A DNA stretch of 33,256 nt from an uncultured Gemmatimonadota bacterium (GTDB lineage Bacteria; Blakebacterota; Blakebacteria; Blakebacterales; Blakebacteraceae): assembly GCA_964576115.1 (NCBI GenBank), contig CAZNUA010000039.1, forward strand, positions 1-33,256, given 5' to 3'. The position numbers were made by a program, and so were the translations under genes. The notes under the pieces were generated by a model that was not told the DNA's origin, made no database searches, and was given only the letters and a program-made list of their open reading frames with translations. How positions within the stretch are numbered: position 1 is the first letter of the stretch; each line of letters starts with the position of its first letter. Of this stretch, positions 17,942 to 26,974 are shown in pieces.

Positions 17942-18904
17942 TCAGATTGCCTCCATCGTCGAGGGGGGTTTGGTGGCCAGGTTGTAGGTCACACTGACCA
18001 CGCCCGGTACCTGCTCGAGGATCCGGTCCGAGAGCCGGCGCAGGGTCGGCCAGGGGATCTCGGTGGGGGTGCCGATGCGGGCGTCGACCGAGTCCCAGCA
18101 GCGCACTTCGATCTGCAGGCCGAAGTCGCGGGCGCCCTCCCGCATGCCGGTCACCCGGTCTTCATGCAGTATGGCGAGCTTGAGAAAGGCGTCGACTCCG
18201 GCCAGTTCCTCTTCGACGATCGCGGTGGCGCCCCGCACCAGTTCGACCCGCTCGGGGGTTACCTTGCCGATCACCCGGGCCGCCAGGGCGGGGCCGGGAA
18301 AGGGCATGCGGTCATAAACCGAGGCGGGGAAACCGAGCGCTTCGCCCACCCGGCGCACGCCGTCTTTGCGGATCTGCACCAGCGGTTCGAGGATGGCGTA
18401 CCCGAAAGCTTCCTCGGGATCGATTCCGAGCTGGGCGAAGACGTTGTGCTGGCGCTTGATCCCGGCCACCGTTTCGTCGATGTCGGTCAGGATCGTGCCC
18501 TGCAGCAGGAAGCGGGCGCCGCTCTCGCGCACCAGCCGGCCGAAAACGTCCTTGTAAAAAGTCTGGGTGACCGCTTCCCGCTTTTCCTCGGGATCGGTGA
18601 GGCCCTCGAGAGCGGCAAAGAACTCGGCGCGGGCATCCACGAGTTCGACTCCAACCCCCAGATCGGCGAAGAGACCGACCACCTCTTCCGGCTCGCCCTT
18701 GCGCATCAGACCGTTCTCGACGAAGTAGGTCTTCAGGCGGTCTCCCAGGGCGCGGTGCCCCAGCAGGGTGACGACCGAAGAGTCGACGCCGCCGGACAGG
18801 GCGTTGATGGCGATGCCGTCACCGACCGCCTCGGAGATGGCGGCCGTCTGGTCGGCGATGAAGGCCTCCGGGTCGAGGTCTTCGATTTTGATTTCCTGGG
18901 TCAT
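17942..18904 (-). CDS. Stand-alone GMP synthase ATP-pyrophosphatase/C-terminal domain protein (GuaA subunit B-like, no glutaminase domain)
   Basis: PP-loop ALSGGVDSSV, NGLMRKGE, DPEEKR, LQGT, IKRQHNV, EPL...KDGVR, PFPGPALAAR, TKPPSTME; 320 aa beginning at the ATPPase domain; RBS GAGGAG. Confidence 0.85.
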   Translation of the reverse strand: MTQEIKIEDLDPEAFIADQTAAISEAVGDGIAINALSGGVDSSVVTLLGHRALGDRLKTYFVENGLMRKGEPEEVVGLFADLGVGVELVDARAEFFAALEGLTDPEEKREAVTQTFYKDVFGRLVRESGARFLLQGTILTDIDETVAGIKRQHNVFAQLGIDPEEAFGYAILEPLVQIRKDGVRRVGEALGFPASVYDRMPFPGPALAARVIGKVTPERVELVRGATAIVEEELAGVDAFLKLAILHEDRVTGMREGARDFGLQIEVRCWDSVDARIGTPTEIPWPTLRRLSDRILEQVPGVVSVTYNLATKPPSTMEAI

Positions 18905-18923
18905 CAGCGGTTCTCCTCGCTTC

Positions 18924-21320
18924 TCATTCGGGGGTCAGGATGTCGGCGATCCGGGCCCGGGCCTCATCGATGTGCAGGCGGGTGATCCGGTCGCCGGCGC
19001 GGGTCCGGGCCCGCTCGAGCAGGGTGTCGAGTTCGGCCAGTTCGCCACGTATCAGCGGTTTCAAATCGTTGTCGGGAGCGTTCTCGCCGTTGAGGCGGGT
19101 GTCCATCAGGGTCAGCCAGCCCCGCTGCAGGTTGCGCCGGAAGGGGTCGATGCGGACCGAACGGGCCGTGAGTTCACTCCAGATTCCCGCCCGCACGTCG
19201 GCCATCAGCTCCTCGAGCGAGTAGGCCTCGGCACCGAGCAGGGCCTCCTGCTCGATCAGCCGTTCGATCCGGTCGGCCCGGAAGAGGTTGGCCAGAACCC
19301 GGTTCTGGCCGGCGGACATGCGGGTCATGGTGCCCGAGGACTCGAAGCGCCTGAGCACCTCGGTATCGAGCATGAAGTCGGGAACGTGGAAGGCGTTGTC
19401 GTTCAGGAAGTCCACGGCCGCCTTCTGCCGGGCTTTCTCGACCGGGACGAAGACCGCCCCCTCGGTACCGGCGTGGCGGGAGAAGTGGTGCACCCCGCCC
19501 ACCAGGGCGACGACGTGATTGAGTTCCTGAACCCGCTGGCCCTCGAGGCGGCCGTACATCTCTTCGAGATCGGCGTAGTCCTCACCGGCTCGGGTCGTGG
19601 CATCCATGAGCATGTGAGCGATGGCTTCGATATTGCGCAGCCCCAGCTCGGTGGCTGCGATCGGGTCTGAGGCGAGGTCCTCGGTCTGGGCATTGGGGTC
19701 GACCCCGTCGGCGTGACCGAAGCGCAGGAACTCATCCTCCTCCTGCCGGACCGCGATCCGGTTCAGCGCTTCGGATTCCTCGTCGGGGGTGCGGGCACCC
19801 GGCACGGGGGTGTACCCCCATTCGATGACGAAGCGGTCGTAGGGACCGATCACGGGTATCAGGCCCACGTCGTCGCCCGGCTGGGCGACATAGTTGAAAC
19901 GGGCGTAGTCCATGATCGAGGGAGAGTGGCCGTAGCGGGCCACGAACTCAGGATCCCGGATCTGCTCCACGGTGTAGGAACCCGACGCTCGCATGTTGTG
20001 CTGCAGCCCCAGGCAGTGACCGACCTCGTGGCAGGCCACGAACCGGATCAGTTCCCCCATCAGTTCGTCGGGCAACGGCAGTGTGGCGGCCCGGGGATCG
20101 AGGTTGCCGACCTGCACGAAATACCAGTCGCGCAGCAGGTTCATGACATTGTGATACCACTGCACGTCGGCCTCGAGAACCTCGCCGGTGCGGGGGTCGT
20201 GCACGTGCGGTCCCGAGGCGTTCTCGGTGGTCGAGGGCAGATAGCGGACCACCGAGTAGCGGGCGTCCTCGGGATCGAAATCGGGATCGTCGGGGGGATC
20301 GAGACAGAAAATGGCGTTACTGAACCCCGCCTGCAGGAAAGCCTCCTGCCAGTCCTCGATGCCGGCCTTGATATAGGGCCGCCACTTTTCGGGCGTGGCC
20401 GGGTCGATGTACCACACGATCGGCTGGACCGGATCGGAGACGGTCGCGTCGGAATCCTGCTTCTCGAGCCGCCAGCGGGTGATATAGCGCCGGGTCGAGG
20501 CCCGCTGTTCCTCGGTGCCGAAGTCGGTCTGGGTGACGCTGAAGAACCCGAGCCGGTCGTCGTGCAGGCGGGGCATCATCGGCTCGGCGGGCAGCAGGAC
20601 CATGCTGTGGTGCATGACGACCGAGACCGAGGGATCCCCCTCGGTGGTGGTGAAGGTCATGAGCTGCTCGTACTCGATGTTCTCGGGGAAGCTCTTGATG
20701 TACTCGACAAAGGAGCGGTCGCGGTCGAGCGCGCGGGCACCCAGGCGGCGGCGGGGACTGAACTCGGGCACCTCGCCCGATACCAGGTCGGTGGTTTCGA
20801 TGACGACGGCTTCGCTCACGCCCTCTGCGGTGGTGTCGTGATGCACGGCCTCGATGTCGAAGGCCATGATCACCGCCGGCAGGGTGGCGTTGCGCACCGC
20901 CTCGAAGATCGGCCGGGTGGAGTCGGCAACGACCTCGTACAGGATGTCGCGCATCAGGATGCGATCCTCACGCCGCTCCCAGCGCACGACGTGGGTGGCC
21001 ACCTTCTGGCCGCCGTAGCCCGAACCCGTCGGTGCGGCGCCGATCCGGCTCACCCAGAGGAAGTCCTTGCCCAGCTGGCGGGTCGGGATCTCGTAGTAGA
21101 CCTTATCGTCGAGGCGGTGCACGACGAAAACGCCGTCATCGCTCTCGGCTTCGGCGGTGATCACCTCGCTGTAGGGCTTGATCTGTTCGGTCGGCGCCTG
21201 CCGGCCGGGACGATCGGCCGAGGCCGGTTCCTGATCTCCGGATCCCCGGGCCGAAGCCAGGGCGGCGCAACCCGACAGGGACAGGAGCAGAATGCAGAGG
21301 GAGCATACACGTAGACGCAT
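18924..21320 (-). CDS. Lipoprotein zinc-dependent metalloprotease (metzincin; DUF5118/DUF5117/DUF4953 architecture)
   Basis: Lipobox LSG-C; IKPYSEVIT, KSFPENIE, PMMPRLHDDRLGFF, DPRTGEVL, zinc motif HEVGHCLGLQHN, Met-turn SIMDYARFNYVAQPGD, IGPYD. Confidence 0.9.
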   Translation of the reverse strand: MRLRVCSLCILLLSLSGCAALASARGSGDQEPASADRPGRQAPTEQIKPYSEVITAEAESDDGVFVVHRLDDKVYYEIPTRQLGKDFLWVSRIGAAPTGSGYGGQKVATHVVRWERREDRILMRDILYEVVADSTRPIFEAVRNATLPAVIMAFDIEAVHHDTTAEGVSEAVVIETTDLVSGEVPEFSPRRRLGARALDRDRSFVEYIKSFPENIEYEQLMTFTTTEGDPSVSVVMHHSMVLLPAEPMMPRLHDDRLGFFSVTQTDFGTEEQRASTRRYITRWRLEKQDSDATVSDPVQPIVWYIDPATPEKWRPYIKAGIEDWQEAFLQAGFSNAIFCLDPPDDPDFDPEDARYSVVRYLPSTTENASGPHVHDPRTGEVLEADVQWYHNVMNLLRDWYFVQVGNLDPRAATLPLPDELMGELIRFVACHEVGHCLGLQHNMRASGSYTVEQIRDPEFVARYGHSPSIMDYARFNYVAQPGDDVGLIPVIGPYDRFVIEWGYTPVPGARTPDEESEALNRIAVRQEEDEFLRFGHADGVDPNAQTEDLASDPIAATELGLRNIEAIAHMLMDATTRAGEDYADLEEMYGRLEGQRVQELNHVVALVGGVHHFSRHAGTEGAVFVPVEKARQKAAVDFLNDNAFHVPDFMLDTEVLRRFESSGTMTRMSAGQNRVLANLFRADRIERLIEQEALLGAEAYSLEELMADVRAGIWSELTARSVRIDPFRRNLQRGWLTLMDTRLNGENAPDNDLKPLIRGELAELDTLLERARTRAGDRITRLHIDEARARIADILTPE

Positions 21321-21382
21321 CGCAGGTATTCCCTTCAGTTCAGGCTTGTATTCCGATCGGGGCCCGGTGGCACCTCAGGGGC

Positions 21383-21937
21383 TCACCGGCCGGGTGAATC
21401 CAGGAAGTTGAAGTACTTCTGTCTCCATCTGAGCGGCAGGAGGAACTGGGTCTGCCAGGTCTCGTAGGTGTAGGTGATGGTGCGGCGGAAATCGATGTAG
21501 TCGGGAACCTTGATGAAACCGAAGATATAATCGCCGCGGCGAACGGTGCCCATGAACATGCCCTGGACGTCGACCACGTCCATGAAGCCGACCTGGTGGG
21601 TTCGCTCCCGGGCGGTGAGCCGGAGCCGGGTGGGATCGAAGCGGGCGTCCCGATAGGGTACCAGCCGCACGGCCAGCAGGGACCAGTTCTTCTGCAGGCG
21701 CTCCTTCTCGCGTTCGTAAGCGGCGAACTCCTCGGAGGTCAGAACGGTTTTGGCCACTTCGGTGCCGGCCGAATCGGGATGCAGGTAGATGAAGCGCAGG
21801 GAGAGATCACCGGCTGAGAGAACCGAAGAATGATCGGACAGAATTTCGCGGGCGTTGCGCTGAGCCGCGGCATCGGGTGCCAGCCCGATCAACCCCGGCA
21901 GGAGCAGGAGCGATAGAGCCAGCAGTCGTGTTTTCAT
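21383..21937 (-). CDS. Hypothetical secreted protein (184 aa)
   Basis: ATG21937 opens MKTRLLALSLLLLPGLIGLAPDAAA-Q, a Sec signal peptide; GAGG upstream; host-like codon usage. The longer 640-aa ORF track call is spurious upstream, where it runs antisense through the tRNA and AI-2E gene. Confidence 0.75.
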   Translation of the reverse strand: MKTRLLALSLLLLPGLIGLAPDAAAQRNAREILSDHSSVLSAGDLSLRFIYLHPDSAGTEVAKTVLTSEEFAAYEREKERLQKNWSLLAVRLVPYRDARFDPTRLRLTARERTHQVGFMDVVDVQGMFMGTVRRGDYIFGFIKVPDYIDFRRTITYTYETWQTQFLLPLRWRQKYFNFLDSPGR

Positions 21938-21976
21938 ACCAGACCTCGCAGGTCGGAGAATCCGCCTCTCCCGTTC

Positions 21977-22005
21977 AGTATCCGATTCCCCCGCGGAGCT
22001 GTCAA
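21977..22005 (-). promoter_or_regulatory. Sigma70-type promoter for the minus-strand three-gene run
   Basis: Minus strand TTGACA-17 nt-GATACT, about 40 nt upstream of ATG21937. Confidence 0.65.
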
Positions 22006-22080
22006 GGCAGGGGCAACCTCCCGATCCGGGAGCAGCTTGGCGCGTGCACACAGGTAGGACGCAGCTCCCCGGTGCCGGGG

Positions 22081-22109
22081 TTGACACCCGTCGTGCGCTA
22101 CGGCATCTT
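22081..22109 (+). promoter_or_regulatory. Sigma70-type promoter for tRNA-Gly(CCC) and downstream genes
   Basis: TTGACA-17 nt-CATCTT, 14 nt before the tRNA 5' end. Confidence 0.55.
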
Positions 22110-22123
22110 TCTTGGTCTGAGAA

Positions 22124-22199
22124 GCGGGCGTAACTCAGCCGGTAGAGTGGCAGCTTCCCAAGCTGCAAGTCGCGGGTTCGAGCCCCGTCGCCCGCTCCA
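22124..22199 (+). tRNA. tRNA-Gly (anticodon CCC)
   Basis: GCGGGCGTAACTCAGCCGGTAGAGTG-GCAGC-TTCCCAA-GCTGC-AAGTCGCGGGTTCGAGCCCCGTCGCCCGCTCCA: 76 nt with CCA. Confidence 0.97.
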
Positions 22200-22234
22200 G
22201 TTACTGTCAAGCCCTCCCGATCCGGAGTGCGGCG

Positions 22235-23479
22235 GTGGCGACTGACGATCAGAATATGATGACGCGTCTGGCTCCGGCTCCCATGCTGGCCGCCATCATG
22301 ATTCTGGTCGGGCTCTACCTGGCCACCCAGGACGCGGTCGGCCCGTTCATCCTCTATATCGCCCTGCTCCTGATCCTCTACCCGTGGTGGCGCGAGAAGT
22401 GGACCCACGGCTTCATCGGGGTGGGAACCCTGTTCTTCCTGATCTGGTTCGTCCAGATGACGGCGGCGGTTCTGCTTCCCTTCGGAATCGCCCTGCTGCT
22501 GGCCTATCTGCTGTACCCCTTCATCGATCGGCTCGAATCGAGGCGCGTTCCACGCAGTGCCGCTATCGGCCTGCTGGTTCTGCTGGTCCTGATCATCACC
22601 GGTCTGGTGATCCTCACCATCGTTCCCCTGCTGGTGGACCAGATCGGCACCTTCATTCAGGACGTGCCCGATATCACCCAGCAGGTGCGGTCCTGGATCG
22701 AGAACACTCTCTTCCCCTGGCTCGAGAGGTTCGGCCTGCACGCCAGTACCGAGACCCTGCCCGACGCTCTGCTGGGGGAGGGGGGAGGCGCCAGCCAGGT
22801 GGTGCAGAGACTGCTCAGCGGCGCTCTCGACCTGACCCGCGGCATCTCGGTCTTCCTGACCCAGCTCGCCAATATCCTGCTGATTCCGATCATCACCTTC
22901 TACGTCCTGAAGGATTACCACCCGATCTCGGAATGGGTCATGAACTTCGTACCCGAGAAGCAGCGGGAGCGGTTCAGCGGGATCGGGAGTCAGCTCGGAT
23001 CGGCCCTCGGCAACTACCTGCGGGGCCAGCTGGCGGTGAGTCTGACCATCGCGGTGCTCTACGGCACCGCCTTCGGGATCGCCGGTATCCAGTACGCTTT
23101 GCTGCTCGGTCTGGCGGCGGGGATCCTCTGCATCATCCCCTATATCGGCAGTTTCCTGACCATCCTGATCGCAGCCCTCATCGCCCTGCTCGGACCGCAG
23201 CCCGGGGGCCATCTGCTGCGGGTCGTGATCATCTTCCTGGTCGTCCAGTTCCTCGACGGCAACTACATCACGCCCAAAATCATGGGTGACCGCTTCGGCA
23301 TGCACCCTGTGCTGGTGCTCTTCGCGGTGCTTCTCTCTGCCGCCCTCTGGGGATTCGTGGGACTGCTCATCGCGGTGCCGCTCACGGCGGTGCTCAAGGT
23401 CGTGGCCGACTACCTGCTCGAGCGGTACTACCGCAGCCGTTTCTTCGAAACACCAGCCACACCGCCCCCCGAACCGTGA
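22235..23479 (+). CDS. AI-2E (PerM/UPF0118) family transporter
   Basis: LLPFGIALLLAYLLYPFIDRLE, YLRGQL, IIPYIG, VVQFLDGNYITPKIMGDRFGMHP, WGFVGLLIAVPL; the start could be ATG22256. Confidence 0.92.
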   Translation: MATDDQNMMTRLAPAPMLAAIMILVGLYLATQDAVGPFILYIALLLILYPWWREKWTHGFIGVGTLFFLIWFVQMTAAVLLPFGIALLLAYLLYPFIDRLESRRVPRSAAIGLLVLLVLIITGLVILTIVPLLVDQIGTFIQDVPDITQQVRSWIENTLFPWLERFGLHASTETLPDALLGEGGGASQVVQRLLSGALDLTRGISVFLTQLANILLIPIITFYVLKDYHPISEWVMNFVPEKQRERFSGIGSQLGSALGNYLRGQLAVSLTIAVLYGTAFGIAGIQYALLLGLAAGILCIIPYIGSFLTILIAALIALLGPQPGGHLLRVVIIFLVVQFLDGNYITPKIMGDRFGMHPVLVLFAVLLSAALWGFVGLLIAVPLTAVLKVVADYLLERYYRSRFFETPATPPPEP

Positions 23480-24840
23480 AAGTAGCGGCAGTCCGGCCGG
23501 GAAGTCCGGCGGCTCTGCAAGGCATCCGACCGGGCGACCGTATCCTGACCATCAACGATCACCCGATCGAAGACACCGTTGATTATTACTATCACGCCGC
23601 CGATGAGGCTCTGCAGATGCGGATCGGTCGCGAGGATGACGTCGTGGAACTGCGTCTCAGGCGACCCGAGGGCGAAGACCTCGGGATCACCCTCGAGGCG
23701 ATGGAACCCCGGTTGTGCGGTGACGACTGTGTCTTCTGCTTCGTGGCTCAGAATCCACCCGGAGTGCGGCCCTCGCTGCTCGTCAGGGACGAGGACTACC
23801 GCCACAGCCTTCTGCACGGTTCCTACATCACCCTCGATAACCTGAGCCGGGCCGATTTCGAGCGCATTGAGCGCCTGCGCCTGAGCCCCCTGTATGTCTC
23901 GGTGCACACTCTCGATCCCGATCTGCGCCGGCGCATGCTGCGCGGCCGGCGATCGGGCGAGATCGCCGAACGGCTCGAACGACTGCTTGGGAGCGGCATC
24001 GCCATCCATGCCCAGATCGTGCTCGTGCCCGATTTCAACGACGGCCCCGAGCTCGAACGCACCGTCAGGGGGCTGGCCGGCCTGGGCCCGGGCGTGCTCT
24101 CGGTCGCGGTGGTTCCGGTCGGGCTGACCGATTACCGCGAGGGGCTGGAACGGCTGCGCCGGCCCGACACCGCTGAAATGGTGGAGACCGTGCGTCGCTG
24201 CGAAGAGTGGCGACGGGAGTTCCGGGCCGGGCGGGGGAGCAGTTTCGTCTATCCCGCCGACGAGTTCTTCCTGGCGACCGATCTGCCGCTGCCCCCGGTC
24301 GAGTATTACGATGACTTCCCGCAGCAGGGAAACGGGGTGGGGCTGGCGTCGGCATTCACCCGCTGCGTGCGCGATCGCCTGCCCGAACTGCAGGCGGCCG
24401 GCCGGACCGCCCTGGCCCGGCACTGGCGCACCCGGCGGGTGCTGACCCTGACCGCTCCCCTGGCCGCCCGGCTCTGGGAAGAGGAAATCGGCGCGGATCT
24501 TGCCGGTGTGCCCGGTCTGGACCTCGACGTTCTGACCGTTCGCAACACCTTCTTCGGAGCCAATGTGACCGTCACCGGCCTGCTGACATCGCGCTGTGTG
24601 CAGGCGGCTCTGGACCGGATCGAGACAGACGCTTTCGACACCATCCTCCTGCCTCCCAACTGCCTGAACGACGAGGCACTCTTTCTTGACGATGTTTCCC
24701 TGGAGACATTGCGTAACGTTGTTCGGGCTCCGGTTGCGGTCGGGAGCTACGATCTTGCCGGCGATCTGATCGCTCTGCTCGGGGAAGCTCCCCCGTCATC
24801 GCCGGCCGCGGGAACTGCACTGGAGAGCTGGCATGCCTGA
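23476..24840 (+). CDS. PDZ + radical-SAM-like DUF512 protein (TIGR03279 type)
   Basis: N-terminal PDZ (VRPGSPAA..GIRPGDRILTIND), CxxxCxxC motif CGDDCVFC, RDEDYRHS..HGSYITL, SPLYVSVH, VVPVGLT, ADEFF, GNGVG, NTFFG..VTVTGLL. Confidence 0.9.
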   Translation: MKVAAVRPGSPAALQGIRPGDRILTINDHPIEDTVDYYYHAADEALQMRIGREDDVVELRLRRPEGEDLGITLEAMEPRLCGDDCVFCFVAQNPPGVRPSLLVRDEDYRHSLLHGSYITLDNLSRADFERIERLRLSPLYVSVHTLDPDLRRRMLRGRRSGEIAERLERLLGSGIAIHAQIVLVPDFNDGPELERTVRGLAGLGPGVLSVAVVPVGLTDYREGLERLRRPDTAEMVETVRRCEEWRREFRAGRGSSFVYPADEFFLATDLPLPPVEYYDDFPQQGNGVGLASAFTRCVRDRLPELQAAGRTALARHWRTRRVLTLTAPLAARLWEEEIGADLAGVPGLDLDVLTVRNTFFGANVTVTGLLTSRCVQAALDRIETDAFDTILLPPNCLNDEALFLDDVSLETLRNVVRAPVAVGSYDLAGDLIALLGEAPPSSPAAGTALESWHA

Positions 24841-26203
24841 GGAACCGCTGGTGGCCATCGTGGGACGCCCGAACGTGGGCAAATCCACGCTCTTCAACCG
24901 GATCATCCAGCGTCGCCAGGCGGTGGTGGATGAGCTGCCCGGGGTAACCCGCGACCGGGTCTACGCCCGTACAGAATGGGCGGGGACCGGATTCCGGCTG
25001 GTGGATACGGGGGGTCTCGTCCCGGGTTCGAAGGATCCCATGGAGACGGCCATCAGGGCTCAGGCGGCTGTGGCCATCGACGAAGCTGCGGTCATTCTCT
25101 TCGTGGCGGATGTCGAAACCGGCGTCACCGACCTGGATTCGGCCGTGGCGACCCGGCTGCGCCGCTCCGATCGGCCCGTCCTGCTGGCCGTGAACAAGGT
25201 CGACAACGCAACCCGCGAACTCGAGACCCACGTCTTCAACGCCCTAGGTCTGGGCGAACCCTACCCGGTGTCGGCCATCTCGGGCCGGGGTAGCGGCGAT
25301 CTGCTCGAAGCCCTGGTGACGCTGATCGGCGACTCTGAAGCGGGCTCCCGGGAGGCGATAGGAGAAACCGGCAGCGGGGAGGACCGGGGGGAAGACGAGC
25401 AGGAACCGGCCGCACCCCTGAAGGTTGCCGTGCTCGGCCGACCCAACGTGGGCAAGAGCAGTTTCGTGAACCGGGTTTGCGGCGCCGAGCGGGTGATCGT
25501 GACTCCCGAACCGGGGACGACCCGGGATCCCTCCGATATCAACGTAAGCCTCGGTGAGGAACGACTCGTGCTGATCGATACCGCCGGTCTGCGGCGTCGC
25601 ACCCGGGTGAAGGAGAGCGTCGAATACTACAGCGCCCTGCGGGCTTTGCAGAGTCTGGATCGCTGCGACGTGGCCCTGGTCCTGGTCGATGCCGTCGAGG
25701 GCTTCGCGGCCCAGGACGCCCGCATTCTCGAGCGTGTTCTCGATCGGGGCAAGGGGGCCGTGCTGGTGGTGAACAAATGGGACCTGATCGAGAAGGAGAC
25801 CGGGACGGCCGAAGCTTACGAGCGTGAGGTACGCAAGGCCCTGCCGTTCGCCTCCTTTCTCGAACTCGTCTTCACCAGCGCTCTGACCGGACAGCGGGTC
25901 GAGCGGGCGCTCGAACTGGCCGTGCAGGCCGGAGAATCGCGGCGGTCCAGGATCGCTACTGCGGTCTTCAATCGTTTCGTCGAGCGCACCTTCCGCGGCA
26001 ACGAGGCGATCACGCCGGCGATGGGCGATCTGCGGGTTTCCTATGCCACCCAGGCGGGTATCGAGCCACCCCTGTTCGTCTTCTTCGTCAACGATCCGAA
26101 AAGGGTAAAGCCGAACTTCAAACGCTATCTGGAACGCTGTATCAGGGAAGAGTTTATCCTTACAGGTACTCCTCTCAGGCTGGTCTTCCGGTCGAAGGCT
26201 TGA
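24833..26203 (+). CDS. der: Ribosome biogenesis GTPase Der (EngA)
   Basis: Two G domains (GRPNVGKS x2, GVTRD/GTTRD, DTGG/DTAG, NKVD/NKWD) and a KH-like C-terminus (YATQ..PP.FVFF, GTPLRL). Confidence 0.97.
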   Translation: MPEEPLVAIVGRPNVGKSTLFNRIIQRRQAVVDELPGVTRDRVYARTEWAGTGFRLVDTGGLVPGSKDPMETAIRAQAAVAIDEAAVILFVADVETGVTDLDSAVATRLRRSDRPVLLAVNKVDNATRELETHVFNALGLGEPYPVSAISGRGSGDLLEALVTLIGDSEAGSREAIGETGSGEDRGEDEQEPAAPLKVAVLGRPNVGKSSFVNRVCGAERVIVTPEPGTTRDPSDINVSLGEERLVLIDTAGLRRRTRVKESVEYYSALRALQSLDRCDVALVLVDAVEGFAAQDARILERVLDRGKGAVLVVNKWDLIEKETGTAEAYEREVRKALPFASFLELVFTSALTGQRVERALELAVQAGESRRSRIATAVFNRFVERTFRGNEAITPAMGDLRVSYATQAGIEPPLFVFFVNDPKRVKPNFKRYLERCIREEFILTGTPLRLVFRSKA

Positions 26204-26229
26204 CACCCCCGGAAGCCGGGGCCTACCAT
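26200..26229 (+). promoter_or_regulatory. Internal sigma70-type promoter for plsY-gpsA-merR
   Basis: TTGACA (26200-26205)-18 nt-TACCAT (26224-26229), overlapping the der stop codon. Confidence 0.6.
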
Positions 26230-26284
26230 GGCCGCACCCGATCCGCGATGACCCGCTCACCTCCTGTCCGGGGATGGCCTTTCG

Positions 26285-26974
26285 GTGCAGACGATTCTGG
26301 TGGTTCCGGTCCTTTCCTACCTGCTCGGTTCGATCCCGACCTCGATCATCGCCGGCCGGCTGGTCGCCGGAATCGATATCCGCGAGCACGGTTCGGGAAA
26401 CGCAGGGGCCACCAACGTCTACCGGATTCTCGGTGCCGGACCGGCCATCGTGGTTGGCCTGATCGACGTCGCCAAGGGGGCCGCGGCGGTACTGCTCGTG
26501 AGCCGGATCCAGATCAACGGCGGGGTACTGGTCTCCGACACCCTGATGCAGATCATCGCCGGAGGAGCGGCGGTCATCGGTCACGTCTGGACCGTCTTCG
26601 CGCAGTTCCGTGGCGGCAAGGGCATGGCCACGGCGATCGGCGCTCTGGCGGGAATCGCACCAGCGGCGCTCGTTACCGGTCTGGTGGTCTGGATCGTCCT
26701 GCTCGCCGGGGTGCGGATCATGAGCGTGGCCAGCCTGGGAGCCGCGACGGTGCTGCCCATCGCGGTCTGGATCTGGGAAGGGCGACCCGACGGCAGCCTG
26801 AATACAGAACTGTTCTGGTTCACGATCGGTCTCGCCCTGCTGATCTGGTTCACCCATCGAGGCAATGTCCGGCGCCTGCTCAAGGGTGAAGAGAGCGTTC
26901 TGGGACGGCGTCAGGCCGGCAAGGTCGAGACACGCGAAACCCCGGAATCGGGGGCGGAGGGGGACCCGGCATGA
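26285..26974 (+). CDS. plsY: Glycerol-3-phosphate 1-O-acyltransferase PlsY
   Basis: YLLGSIP, DIREHGSGNAGATNVYR, DVAKG, GHVWTVF..FRGGKGMAT, HRGNVRRLLKGEE. Confidence 0.96.
   Translation: MQTILVVPVLSYLLGSIPTSIIAGRLVAGIDIREHGSGNAGATNVYRILGAGPAIVVGLIDVAKGAAAVLLVSRIQINGGVLVSDTLMQIIAGGAAVIGHVWTVFAQFRGGKGMATAIGALAGIAPAALVTGLVVWIVLLAGVRIMSVASLGAATVLPIAVWIWEGRPDGSLNTELFWFTIGLALLIWFTHRGNVRRLLKGEESVLGRRQAGKVETRETPESGAEGDPA

Noticed and set aside
22205..22210. Minus-strand TTGACA just after tRNA-Gly(CCC) as an antisense promoter
   Set aside because: No -10 element at 16-18 nt spacing
21938..23305. N-terminal ~455 aa of the 640-aa minus-strand ORF
   Set aside because: Runs antisense through the AI-2E gene and tRNA-Gly; the real gene starts at ATG21937 with its own promoter and signal peptide
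26201..26284. der and plsY are in the same frame across TGA codons (possible Sec readthrough)
   Set aside because: Two TGAs intervene (26201 and 26249), both proteins are complete with normal termini, and the spacer is better explained by a promoter
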